The position numbers were made by a program, and so were the translations under genes. A stretch of DNA of 55,700 nt from a virus (taxonomy: Duplodnaviria > Caudoviricetes): the IMG/VR virus record IMGVR_UViG_3300029448_006778, positions 1-55,700 of that record. One strand, given 5' to 3'. The notes below the pieces were generated by a model. The model saw nothing but the letters and a program-made list of their open reading frames with translations. It made no database searches and was not told the DNA's origin. The stretch's first letter is position 1. Each line of letters opens with the position of its first letter. Of this stretch, positions 9,726-18,252 are shown one piece after another.

Positions 9726-10260
9726 CTATTTCATTCTCTATTTTAGTTATGTAATCACGAGCTTCTTTTACTACATGAGAAAATTCGGTTTTACCCATTT
9801 CCCACTTTTCTCTTTCAAGTTCAACATCTTGAACCCCAACTGAATTGAGCCATTCAACTTTTCCATCCGAGTCTTCAAACTCGTCAATACTTTGTTTTAA
9901 ATCATTTAAATATGATTTTTTATTTTCTAATTCTATATTCTTTGCATAGTCTTCAAACTTACCCTCTAAACGAAGTCTGTTTTCAAACTCAATTTGACAA
10001 TCAAAACAATGTCCTTTAGTTCTCCAAAACTTTGTATCAAGTTTTTTCTTCATTGTTTTTTTACATTTAGGACAAAACCAAGGCATTCTAACATCTTTCA
10101 TAATGTCTGTCATTTTTCCTTGACGAGTTTCTCCACCTTTATCTACTGGACCCTTACCCTCGTATCCTACTTGAACATAATCTTTTTCATGTTCTTTACC
10201 ACTCATTAAATCCTTGAGTGCCTTATTCTGTCTTTCCATGTCTTTACTATAATTTGCCAT
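9694..10260 (-). CDS. Hypothetical protein with a C4 zinc finger
   Basis: WFCPKC...GHCFDC; AGGAG SD. Confidence 0.7.
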   Translation of the reverse strand: MANYSKDMERQNKALKDLMSGKEHEKDYVQVGYEGKGPVDKGGETRQGKMTDIMKDVRMPWFCPKCKKTMKKKLDTKFWRTKGHCFDCQIEFENRLRLEGKFEDYAKNIELENKKSYLNDLKQSIDEFEDSDGKVEWLNSVGVQDVELEREKWEMGKTEFSHVVKEARDYITKIENEIDEEAKKLNIT

Positions 10261-10268
10261 TGTAACTC

Positions 10269-13200
10269 CTATCCAAACTTTAAACTACCAAGAATTTGAT
10301 TGATTGGTGCAAATGCTCCTGTGAATTTATAAATGTTTCCTTTATACTTAAACACTATACCCTCACTTGGAACGATTGCCTTTACTCCACCAATCTTCTG
10401 TAGTTTTTCTATTTGTATTTTTAACTTTTTCAATTTTTCTATTTTATCTGGTTTTTTCAAATCTTTTAGTGCATTTAATAATTCTTTCTTTAACTTCTGT
10501 ACTGATTTATCAGGGGACACTGCAATGTATCCTTGTATATTTTTCAGTATCTCTGCACCCACTTGGAAGAATAATATTTCAAATGGTTTAATATTTTGTT
10601 TAAATATCTTACTATGATCTTGTTTATCTGTGGATGTTATCCAATCTAAAAATTTAGGATTATCTTTAAAATCTCTTTTAATCTCTGGTATTTTATATCC
10701 CTTATCAAAGTATGCCCATCGTTTAACTAACTTTGCAAATTGACTTGGTTTTAATTTAACTTTATATTGTTTTGATGCATTAAAGATATACTCTCTCCAA
10801 AATGATTCGTGATACATACCCAAAGTATCTTTATCAGATAATGCATATTGTTTTTGTAACTTATTTAATTGTCCTAAAAATTTATTTCTTAACTTACCAA
10901 AGTCTTGATGTTTTGGTACACTTAAAAAATTTGGTTTACCAATCTTAAACATTTTTTGTATGTGATTATTTGTTTGTTTAATCATACCTGCCAACATACG
11001 AGCACTATCTTTTGGTTGTCCAATAGGTCTACCACTCTCATCATACTCTAATGTTCCATGAAATATTATTTCTGCAACATCGTAATCTATTACATTTGCA
11101 GTTGCTGGATACATAACCTCTAAATTCATCCATTTCTTACCATTACCGAATACTTTATCTTTTTGTTTATCATTTAAACTACCTATAGATTTCTCTAAGT
11201 CTTTCATCGCACCTACAAAAGCTTTTTCTATATTACCCCTACCACTAAACATAGATTTTATTCCATTCGTGGTTGGAGCAGTTTTACCAAAATTCTTTAA
11301 ATGTCCTTTGTTACGAGCTGCTCTTAACTTACCATCTATCCAACTTACCATTAGATTTTGTCCATCGAGTTTTTCTGTAACCCCATCTTCTCTATCTAAC
11401 TTTCCACCTATACCATTAATAATTATCTGTTTCAAATCTGAAAACATCAAATTATTATCATCAAATGGATGTGCCATATGTCCGTATGCTCCACCCTCTA
11501 TTAATAAGTCAACTTCTTGTAAAAAACTTTCTTTAATGTCTTCTATAGAATCACTTTTAGAGGCATCACCTGGTGCTAAGTCAAGGTTTATTACTCTTTG
11601 AGTATTCTGGTCACCTGTTTGAACTCCAGGTAAAGCTGGTGCTTCAACTGGTACACCTGTTACATTCTTTTCATCAGGAGTTAATCCTAACCATTTAACT
11701 ATTTTAAAATCTATATTAGAAGTTACTTTCTCAATCCATTGTTTATATGCAATTATTGGATCTTGACTTGGGAATCTCTCACCATATGGGCCTGCACCTC
11801 TTCTACCAAATGCTACGGTTGGAACTTTGTCCATTCTCGTAGTATAATCTAATCCAGGATCATTTGCGTTCTTACCTAAAATATAATGTACTAACTCCCA
11901 TCCAAGTCCTCTTTGTGATTCACTATTATATAAAGTTTCAATCCATTTTTTAGATTGTTTTTTGTAATCACTAAATCCATCATAGAATGTTGGTGGGCCA
12001 TCATCTGTTGGAAAGTTTGTAGATGGTGATGATTCTTTTAATATTTCACTTATATCATTATGTATAATAAAATTATCAAATGTTTCAAATAGTTTTTTAA
12101 ATTTATTTGTCATCATATTATAAACACCCTTATCAAAGTATCCGAATGCCTGTTTAAATAATTTAGGTCTATCCTCTTTCTTTACTTTTGGACTACCTAA
12201 TAAGTTTCTCATTACGGTTCCACTTACATCTTGTCCACCAACTTTAATTGATTGGTGTGGTGCAACCATATAGTATCCATGTTCTTCATGTCCTTTTAGG
12301 TTGTTTTTATTTTTATTGTAATCTTGAAAGTATGATAATTTACCACTTTTATTCTTACCACCTTTTAGTCTTCCTGCATCTTTCTTACCGAAGATATAAA
12401 CTACTGCAGTAGTTTCTGGATCAAACTTTTTAAGTAAACTCTTTGCAACCAATGGTATTTTTTCTTTTATAATTTTATTTTTAGGTACACCCATTTTCAC
12501 CATATGTCTAACTTTTTCTGAATAGTTCATTGGATGTTTTGGTGGTTTCTTTATATCTGAAGTAGTGATATATGCGTCATCAACTTTAGATTGTAACCAC
12601 TTAAATGTTTTTAAATGATGTGGGCCAAATGGTTGATATCTACCACCAAATATACCGATTACTTTTTTAATCTTTTTTTCTTGTTCTTTTAGTTTATTAC
12701 TTTTTTTCCATTGAGCATAATTCTTATCAGATATTTTTTTACCATCTTCATTTACTTTTTTACTTGTATCGGTTTTCATAAATGGGCCTCTACGAAGTGT
12801 TCTAAATTTTACTGGTACTTCTTGTCCAAATAATTTTTTTGGTGCTAATATTCTTAAAGTAACCATTTCAGTTTTGTTATCTATTTTTTTTGTTTCAAAA
12901 TCTATTTCTTTGTATTTTCTACCTTTGTGAGTAAGATTAAATCCTGTAATGTTTTTGTGAACCTTTCTACCTGATACTGCTTGTTTTGCTCTTTCATTAA
13001 ATTTTTTATATCCACTACCATAAGGAACTGATGTATTTCCTTTTCTCTTCATCTTCTCAACACCCTTTCTACTTGGTGATGGAATTGCCATTTCATTAAT
13101 GATACCACCTCGTTTATTATACCAAGTTCTAAATTTTGCTGGTGTTCCTACGGTTACACTTCCTTTTGCAATCTTTTCGGCTGCTTTTCTAATATTTGGA

Positions 13201-15431
13201 TAATCATTTCTACTTAATAAAAATACATCTTGAACATGAATTTGATTAACAAGTATTTCGTTCCACCCGTGTTGTGATGGTTTATCTTTTTGACTTAATA
13301 TGTGTCGTTTGATTTGTGGTTTGTATTTATTAATAATTTTATAACCCATATCAATATATTTTTTAATCCATTTTCTTTTCAATGGGCCCATTATTTTTTT
13401 CATTTCTTTTTCTTTACCTCTATAACCACCTTGATAATCGCCCCAATAATCATTTTCTTTTTCCCACTTCTCTTCTGCTTTTCTGTATATTCTATCCCAA
13501 CTTCTTCTATCCATTTTTTTGCTTTCAATGGCTGATTTTAATTCATTATACATTTTACCACCAGCAACTTTACCTGCCAAATCTTGAACTGGAATCCATC
13601 TACGACCTGTATTATCTGGCATTGATTGCATATCTCTTGTACTTGCAACTAATAAAGTTCCCTCTATTTGATAAATGATACCACCACCTGATTGTATACC
13701 TTTTCCTTTTGCAAGTTTCTCACCTTTGTCTACTCTGGTAAATGTAGATAGTGTTCCTTTTTTTCCAACAATTCTTTGAACTTGTTTTATATCACTTTCA
13801 TATTCTGCATTACCGACATGAAATACACTTACTTTTTCTTTACCCAATATACTTTGTATTTTTTTAGTAGACAATGGAACATAATTAGCATACCAACGAC
13901 CGAATGTTGCGTCAAATGTTGATGTTCTATGAACCGAATGAAATTTTGGTTCTTTATCATCATCTTCTGTTAGTTCGTTCTTCTTTTTCTTTTTGGATGT
14001 ATCAGGGTTGTAATATTGATGTTCCCCATCTTTTTGATTTGCAGGTGTTGGTGATTGGTTTCTAAGATAGTTAGGTTTGTTTAACATTTCTAAAAACTTT
14101 TTCTTTTCTAAGTCTTTTATTTTATCACCAATTGCCTTTCCTTTTAATCCAACTATATCACTACCCTTTACACTTAACTTAAATGTTGCAAGTTTTCTAA
14201 AATCTTTACCAATCATTCCACCCCACACAACGATTTGTCTTGGTGTTAATGTAGTTTTCTCTTGTGCCTTTTTAACCATATAAATATTTTCTGGTTTGAA
14301 GTTAGTTAAATAAACTAAGAACTGAATGTTGTTACTTTCTTTTGCACTATACTTTAGTGAGTTTAATTGTTTACCTAACTTACTTACATCATTCTTTCTT
14401 AAAATCATTGCAAGAAATAAAATATAATCCTTGACATTTGGATAAGGTTTTCGTATATTTAGTTGTGGTAATATTTGTTTTGTAAATCCAAACTTATCAC
14501 ATGCTTCCATAAATAATTTAGGATTTTTACCCTTTTCTATACCCTTTACAAATTCTTCTCTAATTCTTTCTCTACTTACACCCTTTAAACTTGGATTATC
14601 TAATAATGCCTTTTCAGTATCTTTATCCATCTTACCACCGATAACTGCTTGAAATCTCAATGCTCTTAATTTTCTTAACGGGTCTTCGTCAAATCTTCGT
14701 TTTGGATTACCAACCGTTCTTACTAATTTATTTTTTAAATCTTTTAATCCACCTGTTATATCAACTATCTCATCTCTACCAATATCATAAAATAATGCAT
14801 TGATAGTTAAATCTCTTCGTTTAACATCACCTTGTATATCAGAAAAATCTACTGCATCAGGTCTTCTACCCTTACCAATATCTTTTCTGAATGTAGCAAT
14901 CTCATGTCCACCCACAACCACAACACCAAATTGTTTACCAACTTCATATGTTTTGAATCCACCACTCTTTGCAATCTTCAATACTTCTTCTGGTTTTGCA
15001 TCAGTTGCCAAATCAAAATCTTTTGGTGATTTACCAAGGATTGCATCACGAACTGCTCCACCTACAATGTATAATTGTTTTTTGTTTTTCTTGAATAATT
15101 TATACAACCCTTTAATATCACCAGGAACTTTTACTTGAACTTTCTTTCCCTCGGTAAACTTATCTGCTCCTCTCATGTCTGGATCAGGTGCAACTGAATC
15201 TTTACCTGGTTTCTTGTTTGGTAACAATTTTCTATCTGATTTTATTATTCGGAACTTTAATGCCGTTCTATTATTAATAAGTAAATCACCCTTTTCATTA
15301 TAACCAATAGTCTTAACTTTAGTTTTTTTATTCTTAAAACGGCCTGTTAAGATAGTGTCCCCAATTTCTACGGGGATTTCTATATCTTCTATTAAAGGTT
15401 TTGTTAACCATTCTGTTAGTCTGTTTTTCAT
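10269..15431 (-). CDS. 1720-aa multi-enzyme (poly)protein: CCA-adding/poly(A) polymerase domain, possible ART-like domain, HIGH-type nucleotidyltransferase and ligase-like KxDG domain
   Basis: CCA motifs VGGAVRD, KDFDLAT, EIATFR, DVKRRDLTINAL, EDPLRKLRALRF and SRERIREE (~14090-15150). GGRYQPFGPHH...VSGTVMR (~12030-12680). GGAYGHMAHPFD...TEKLDGQN...SEGIVF (~10269-11495). Confidence 0.85.
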   Translation of the reverse strand: MKNRLTEWLTKPLIEDIEIPVEIGDTILTGRFKNKKTKVKTIGYNEKGDLLINNRTALKFRIIKSDRKLLPNKKPGKDSVAPDPDMRGADKFTEGKKVQVKVPGDIKGLYKLFKKNKKQLYIVGGAVRDAILGKSPKDFDLATDAKPEEVLKIAKSGGFKTYEVGKQFGVVVVGGHEIATFRKDIGKGRRPDAVDFSDIQGDVKRRDLTINALFYDIGRDEIVDITGGLKDLKNKLVRTVGNPKRRFDEDPLRKLRALRFQAVIGGKMDKDTEKALLDNPSLKGVSRERIREEFVKGIEKGKNPKLFMEACDKFGFTKQILPQLNIRKPYPNVKDYILFLAMILRKNDVSKLGKQLNSLKYSAKESNNIQFLVYLTNFKPENIYMVKKAQEKTTLTPRQIVVWGGMIGKDFRKLATFKLSVKGSDIVGLKGKAIGDKIKDLEKKKFLEMLNKPNYLRNQSPTPANQKDGEHQYYNPDTSKKKKKNELTEDDDKEPKFHSVHRTSTFDATFGRWYANYVPLSTKKIQSILGKEKVSVFHVGNAEYESDIKQVQRIVGKKGTLSTFTRVDKGEKLAKGKGIQSGGGIIYQIEGTLLVASTRDMQSMPDNTGRRWIPVQDLAGKVAGGKMYNELKSAIESKKMDRRSWDRIYRKAEEKWEKENDYWGDYQGGYRGKEKEMKKIMGPLKRKWIKKYIDMGYKIINKYKPQIKRHILSQKDKPSQHGWNEILVNQIHVQDVFLLSRNDYPNIRKAAEKIAKGSVTVGTPAKFRTWYNKRGGIINEMAIPSPSRKGVEKMKRKGNTSVPYGSGYKKFNERAKQAVSGRKVHKNITGFNLTHKGRKYKEIDFETKKIDNKTEMVTLRILAPKKLFGQEVPVKFRTLRRGPFMKTDTSKKVNEDGKKISDKNYAQWKKSNKLKEQEKKIKKVIGIFGGRYQPFGPHHLKTFKWLQSKVDDAYITTSDIKKPPKHPMNYSEKVRHMVKMGVPKNKIIKEKIPLVAKSLLKKFDPETTAVVYIFGKKDAGRLKGGKNKSGKLSYFQDYNKNKNNLKGHEEHGYYMVAPHQSIKVGGQDVSGTVMRNLLGSPKVKKEDRPKLFKQAFGYFDKGVYNMMTNKFKKLFETFDNFIIHNDISEILKESSPSTNFPTDDGPPTFYDGFSDYKKQSKKWIETLYNSESQRGLGWELVHYILGKNANDPGLDYTTRMDKVPTVAFGRRGAGPYGERFPSQDPIIAYKQWIEKVTSNIDFKIVKWLGLTPDEKNVTGVPVEAPALPGVQTGDQNTQRVINLDLAPGDASKSDSIEDIKESFLQEVDLLIEGGAYGHMAHPFDDNNLMFSDLKQIIINGIGGKLDREDGVTEKLDGQNLMVSWIDGKLRAARNKGHLKNFGKTAPTTNGIKSMFSGRGNIEKAFVGAMKDLEKSIGSLNDKQKDKVFGNGKKWMNLEVMYPATANVIDYDVAEIIFHGTLEYDESGRPIGQPKDSARMLAGMIKQTNNHIQKMFKIGKPNFLSVPKHQDFGKLRNKFLGQLNKLQKQYALSDKDTLGMYHESFWREYIFNASKQYKVKLKPSQFAKLVKRWAYFDKGYKIPEIKRDFKDNPKFLDWITSTDKQDHSKIFKQNIKPFEILFFQVGAEILKNIQGYIAVSPDKSVQKLKKELLNALKDLKKPDKIEKLKKLKIQIEKLQKIGGVKAIVPSEGIVFKYKGNIYKFTGAFAPINQILGSLKFG

Positions 15432-15435
15432 TTAT

Positions 15436-16650
15436 CTACCATTTACGACAAGACCAGTAACGAGCTTTATGTCTTGGGCCTGGACTATCACAATTGTGTC
15501 TTGCTCTAAATGCTTTACGAGCTTTAGGATTAGACTTTCTAATTCTCATAGTACCACCCTTAGCATCCCCACCTTGTCCAAAATTAACTTTAACCGTGTT
15601 ACCTTTAGGGTTTTTAACATACACCTTAAATTTCTTTGTATCACCTTGCATTGGTTTACCAAGTTTTACTTTTCTTCCTTGATATTCTGCCTCATTGATA
15701 TCTTCATTGTTAAAATCAAATGTATATCCACCAAACTCACCTGTATTAGATTCGTAATAGAGTTCGTTTTCACCTAACCAAACATTAGTCTGAACACCCT
15801 CTTTCTTTACACAATTAGGATATGTTTTACCGAACATTTTCTTCATACCTTTTTTCTCATATCCTTTCCAACACTTCTCATCAAGACTCCAAACTTTGAA
15901 TTCTTTAACATCTTTTTCTTTTTCTTTTGTAATTCCATCTATTCTTTTAGATAAGTTTTCTTTCTTTTTCTTCTTCTTACCCTTTTCTTCATATCCACTT
16001 GCAAATGCTGCCTTTCTTTGAGCATCACTAGCAAATCCCTCTTTTTTGGATTTGTTACCCCAATTCTTTGCACCAACTTTTCTACATTTTACCAATGCAC
16101 CACTTGCGTAAGCAGATGGCCAGACATCATAACGAGATTTTACTTTATGATAACATGCATCCTTTTCACCAGCAGCTTCATCAAATTGAGCTTCTGTGAG
16201 TTTCTTTCCTACTAATTCTTCTAAATTCATTATGTTTTCCGCTTTCGTTTTTACTCTAATTGGTTTTTTACCACCACCTCTTATTGATGATGTTCCACCA
16301 CGATTTGCTTTATTTTGTGCACTTCGTTTTCTACGAGTAGCACTTTCCTTATCTTTCTTACTCATACTACGAGCTTTACTTGCAGGAACACATTTTGCAT
16401 ATGCTCTCTTTTTACCACTTGTCCCACAAGCTGGATGTTTACCACTTTTATCTTTCTTACCGATATTCACCCATTTATCACTAAACCATTTTTTTAAATT
16501 TTCATCAACAATATTTCCACAATTAACACAAGTATTTTCATGTGCCAATAATTCTAACATATCGTTCTTAACCATCATCTTTTCTTTTGATGATAACCTA
16601 TCTTTCTTTTTTCCGATTTCTCTCGGTTCGTCTATGTGAAATGTTGCCAT
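15436..16650 (-). CDS. Modular basic, Cys-containing protein (probable internal head polyprotein; DUF6321-like C-terminus)
   Basis: Modules LKKWFSDKWV...KCVP, KDACYHKVKSRYDVWPSAYASGALVKCRK, CWKGY...PNCVK and AEYQGRKVKL...RARHNC...YWSCRKW, each preceded by an xxE linker. Confidence 0.7.
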   Translation of the reverse strand: MATFHIDEPREIGKKKDRLSSKEKMMVKNDMLELLAHENTCVNCGNIVDENLKKWFSDKWVNIGKKDKSGKHPACGTSGKKRAYAKCVPASKARSMSKKDKESATRRKRSAQNKANRGGTSSIRGGGKKPIRVKTKAENIMNLEELVGKKLTEAQFDEAAGEKDACYHKVKSRYDVWPSAYASGALVKCRKVGAKNWGNKSKKEGFASDAQRKAAFASGYEEKGKKKKKKENLSKRIDGITKEKEKDVKEFKVWSLDEKCWKGYEKKGMKKMFGKTYPNCVKKEGVQTNVWLGENELYYESNTGEFGGYTFDFNNEDINEAEYQGRKVKLGKPMQGDTKKFKVYVKNPKGNTVKVNFGQGGDAKGGTMRIRKSNPKARKAFRARHNCDSPGPRHKARYWSCRKW

Positions 16651-16653
16651 AAT

Positions 16654-16971
16654 TTATCTCGGTGGTTTGGATTCCCAAGGGCCCCAATGTCCTAATTTTA
16701 CCATTTGTGTTGCTGCTTCTTTACCTGTATATTTATAAACTGGATATCCCTTTACTGGTATTCCACCTAACTTATAATACTTCTTTTTTGGTAATGCCAA
16801 TTTCTTTCCATTGGAAAAATCCATTACCATACTTCCTTTTTCTATCCAACAATGACCATAAGGTTTCCTATCACTTGCCAACAACGCAACTCCGTGACAC
16901 AACTTAAATTGTTTATCACCCATTTTTTCAATGATAAAATTACCATTGGCCTGATAACAATCTCCAGCCAT
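16654..16971 (-). CDS. Small protein with a transglutaminase/papain-like Cys-His-Asp pattern
   Basis: Start moved to the ATG at 16971 (overlaps the endolysin stop); GDCY...GHCWIE...VMDFSN. Confidence 0.55.
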   Translation of the reverse strand: MAGDCYQANGNFIIEKMGDKQFKLCHGVALLASDRKPYGHCWIEKGSMVMDFSNGKKLALPKKKYYKLGGIPVKGYPVYKYTGKEAATQMVKLGHWGPWESKPPR

Positions 16972-17453
16972 TATACTGACAATGTTCTCTTGAACCAACC
17001 AAATAAAAATCGTTCTTGTTCAGGTTTTTTATTAACTAAATCGTAATAGTGTTTTAATCTATAACAACGAACTCTATGATCTGATGGTTTATATGTATCA
17101 ACTGCACTTTTAGTACCTGGCCCAAATCCACCATCAACTGCCAAGTCAGCACCTTTTGCATTACATGCTCTTTGTAAAACTCTTACTGCAGTTCCTCTAC
17201 CTTGATTCACACACATATCAAAAAAGATATGTTTTAAATTTTCTGGTAAGTCATCTACTTTATTTCTATCCCAATAATCTCTTTTGTAAATTTCTTTAGC
17301 ACCATCTTTTGTAAGGTTCTTGATATCTACATCAGGATAAAATCTACCTGCAATACCAAAATTAGTTTCTCCACCCAAGTCTTTTGGGTCGTGTACATAT
17401 CCGCCTTCATGTTCAAGTGTTATTTCTATAATTTCATCAAATGTAGTTAACAT
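16971..17453 (-). CDS. Endolysin, glycoside hydrolase family 108 with C-terminal PG-binding segment
   Basis: LEHEGGYVHDPKDLGGETNFGI, FDMCVNQG, LAVDGGFGPGT, FLFGWFKR. Start moved to 17453 (AGGAG SD). Confidence 0.9.
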   Translation of the reverse strand: MLTTFDEIIEITLEHEGGYVHDPKDLGGETNFGIAGRFYPDVDIKNLTKDGAKEIYKRDYWDRNKVDDLPENLKHIFFDMCVNQGRGTAVRVLQRACNAKGADLAVDGGFGPGTKSAVDTYKPSDHRVRCYRLKHYYDLVNKKPEQERFLFGWFKRTLSV

Positions 17454-17454
17454 C

Positions 17455-18198
17455 TTATTTTCTCCTATTAAGTAGTTTTTGTTTACGAACCCACATCTTT
17501 CCGATTTTGTTTTTGATGGGTTTGTTAACAAACTTTCTAACAACTTTAGTAACCAATGGAACAAATTTTGCCTCCGCTTCTTCTTCGGATAAATGTTTTG
17601 AATTATCAATTATCACGAAATTATTTTTGAATAAGTTTTGAAAAGAACCAAGATTTTTTTGTACATCTTTCCAACTTTTCTCTAATAACTCTGGTGGTAA
17701 GATTCTATCTCTTTCTTGATTTCTTTTTTGTGCAACTTCTAATGAAGTATTTACCATACACATATAAGTATCGTATCCATCATCTTCTAACATTTTTTTC
17801 ATAGTTTGGATTTTACCGAAATCGTGTCCTGTACCATCTATTATCATACCCAACTTACCTTGTTGGTATAATTTCATTCTTTGTTTGGTAAGTGATTTTG
17901 AAAAAGTTCTTAACCCACTATAATCTGATTGTGATGGGTCTGTTAAATTTTTAAATACCTCATCTGGCATTTTATCTAAATCTGTACCGAATCCAAATTT
18001 CTTTAACAAAAATTTTAATTCTTTATCAGAGTTTACCATCTTCATACCACTCATCGATATATTAAATTTATCTGGTATACCAAATAGATTTTTTGCAACA
18101 TAAGTTTTACCACTACCAGGACCACCTGCAAGAAATACGGCTTTGAATATACCTTTATCTTGTATACCCTCGTGTATTAAGTCCATTAATTTGATCAT
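17455..18198 (-). CDS. P-loop kinase (polynucleotide-kinase/zeta-toxin-like) with MIKL leader
   Basis: MIKLMDLIHE leader, Walker A AGGPGSGKT, VNSD, IIDGTG, and lid motif KRNQERDR. Confidence 0.8.
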   Translation of the reverse strand: MIKLMDLIHEGIQDKGIFKAVFLAGGPGSGKTYVAKNLFGIPDKFNISMSGMKMVNSDKELKFLLKKFGFGTDLDKMPDEVFKNLTDPSQSDYSGLRTFSKSLTKQRMKLYQQGKLGMIIDGTGHDFGKIQTMKKMLEDDGYDTYMCMVNTSLEVAQKRNQERDRILPPELLEKSWKDVQKNLGSFQNLFKNNFVIIDNSKHLSEEEAEAKFVPLVTKVVRKFVNKPIKNKIGKMWVRKQKLLNRRK

Positions 18199-18234
18199 AG
18201 TCTTTTCCTGTAAATTTTGAATAATTTGTACAAC

Positions 18235-18243
18235 TATAAATAT
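18235..18243 (-). promoter_or_regulatory. Putative late-promoter motif (ATATTTATA)
   Basis: In the 54-bp gap separating the glycan island from the kinase/endolysin/head block. Confidence 0.5.
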
Positions 18244-18252
18244 AAAAGAATA

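Noticed and set aside
17455-18198. Zeta toxin of a toxin-antitoxin pair
   Set aside because: No antitoxin-like gene is adjacent, and the leader and head-gene context fit a packaged kinase better. A UDP-sugar kinase activity cannot be excluded.
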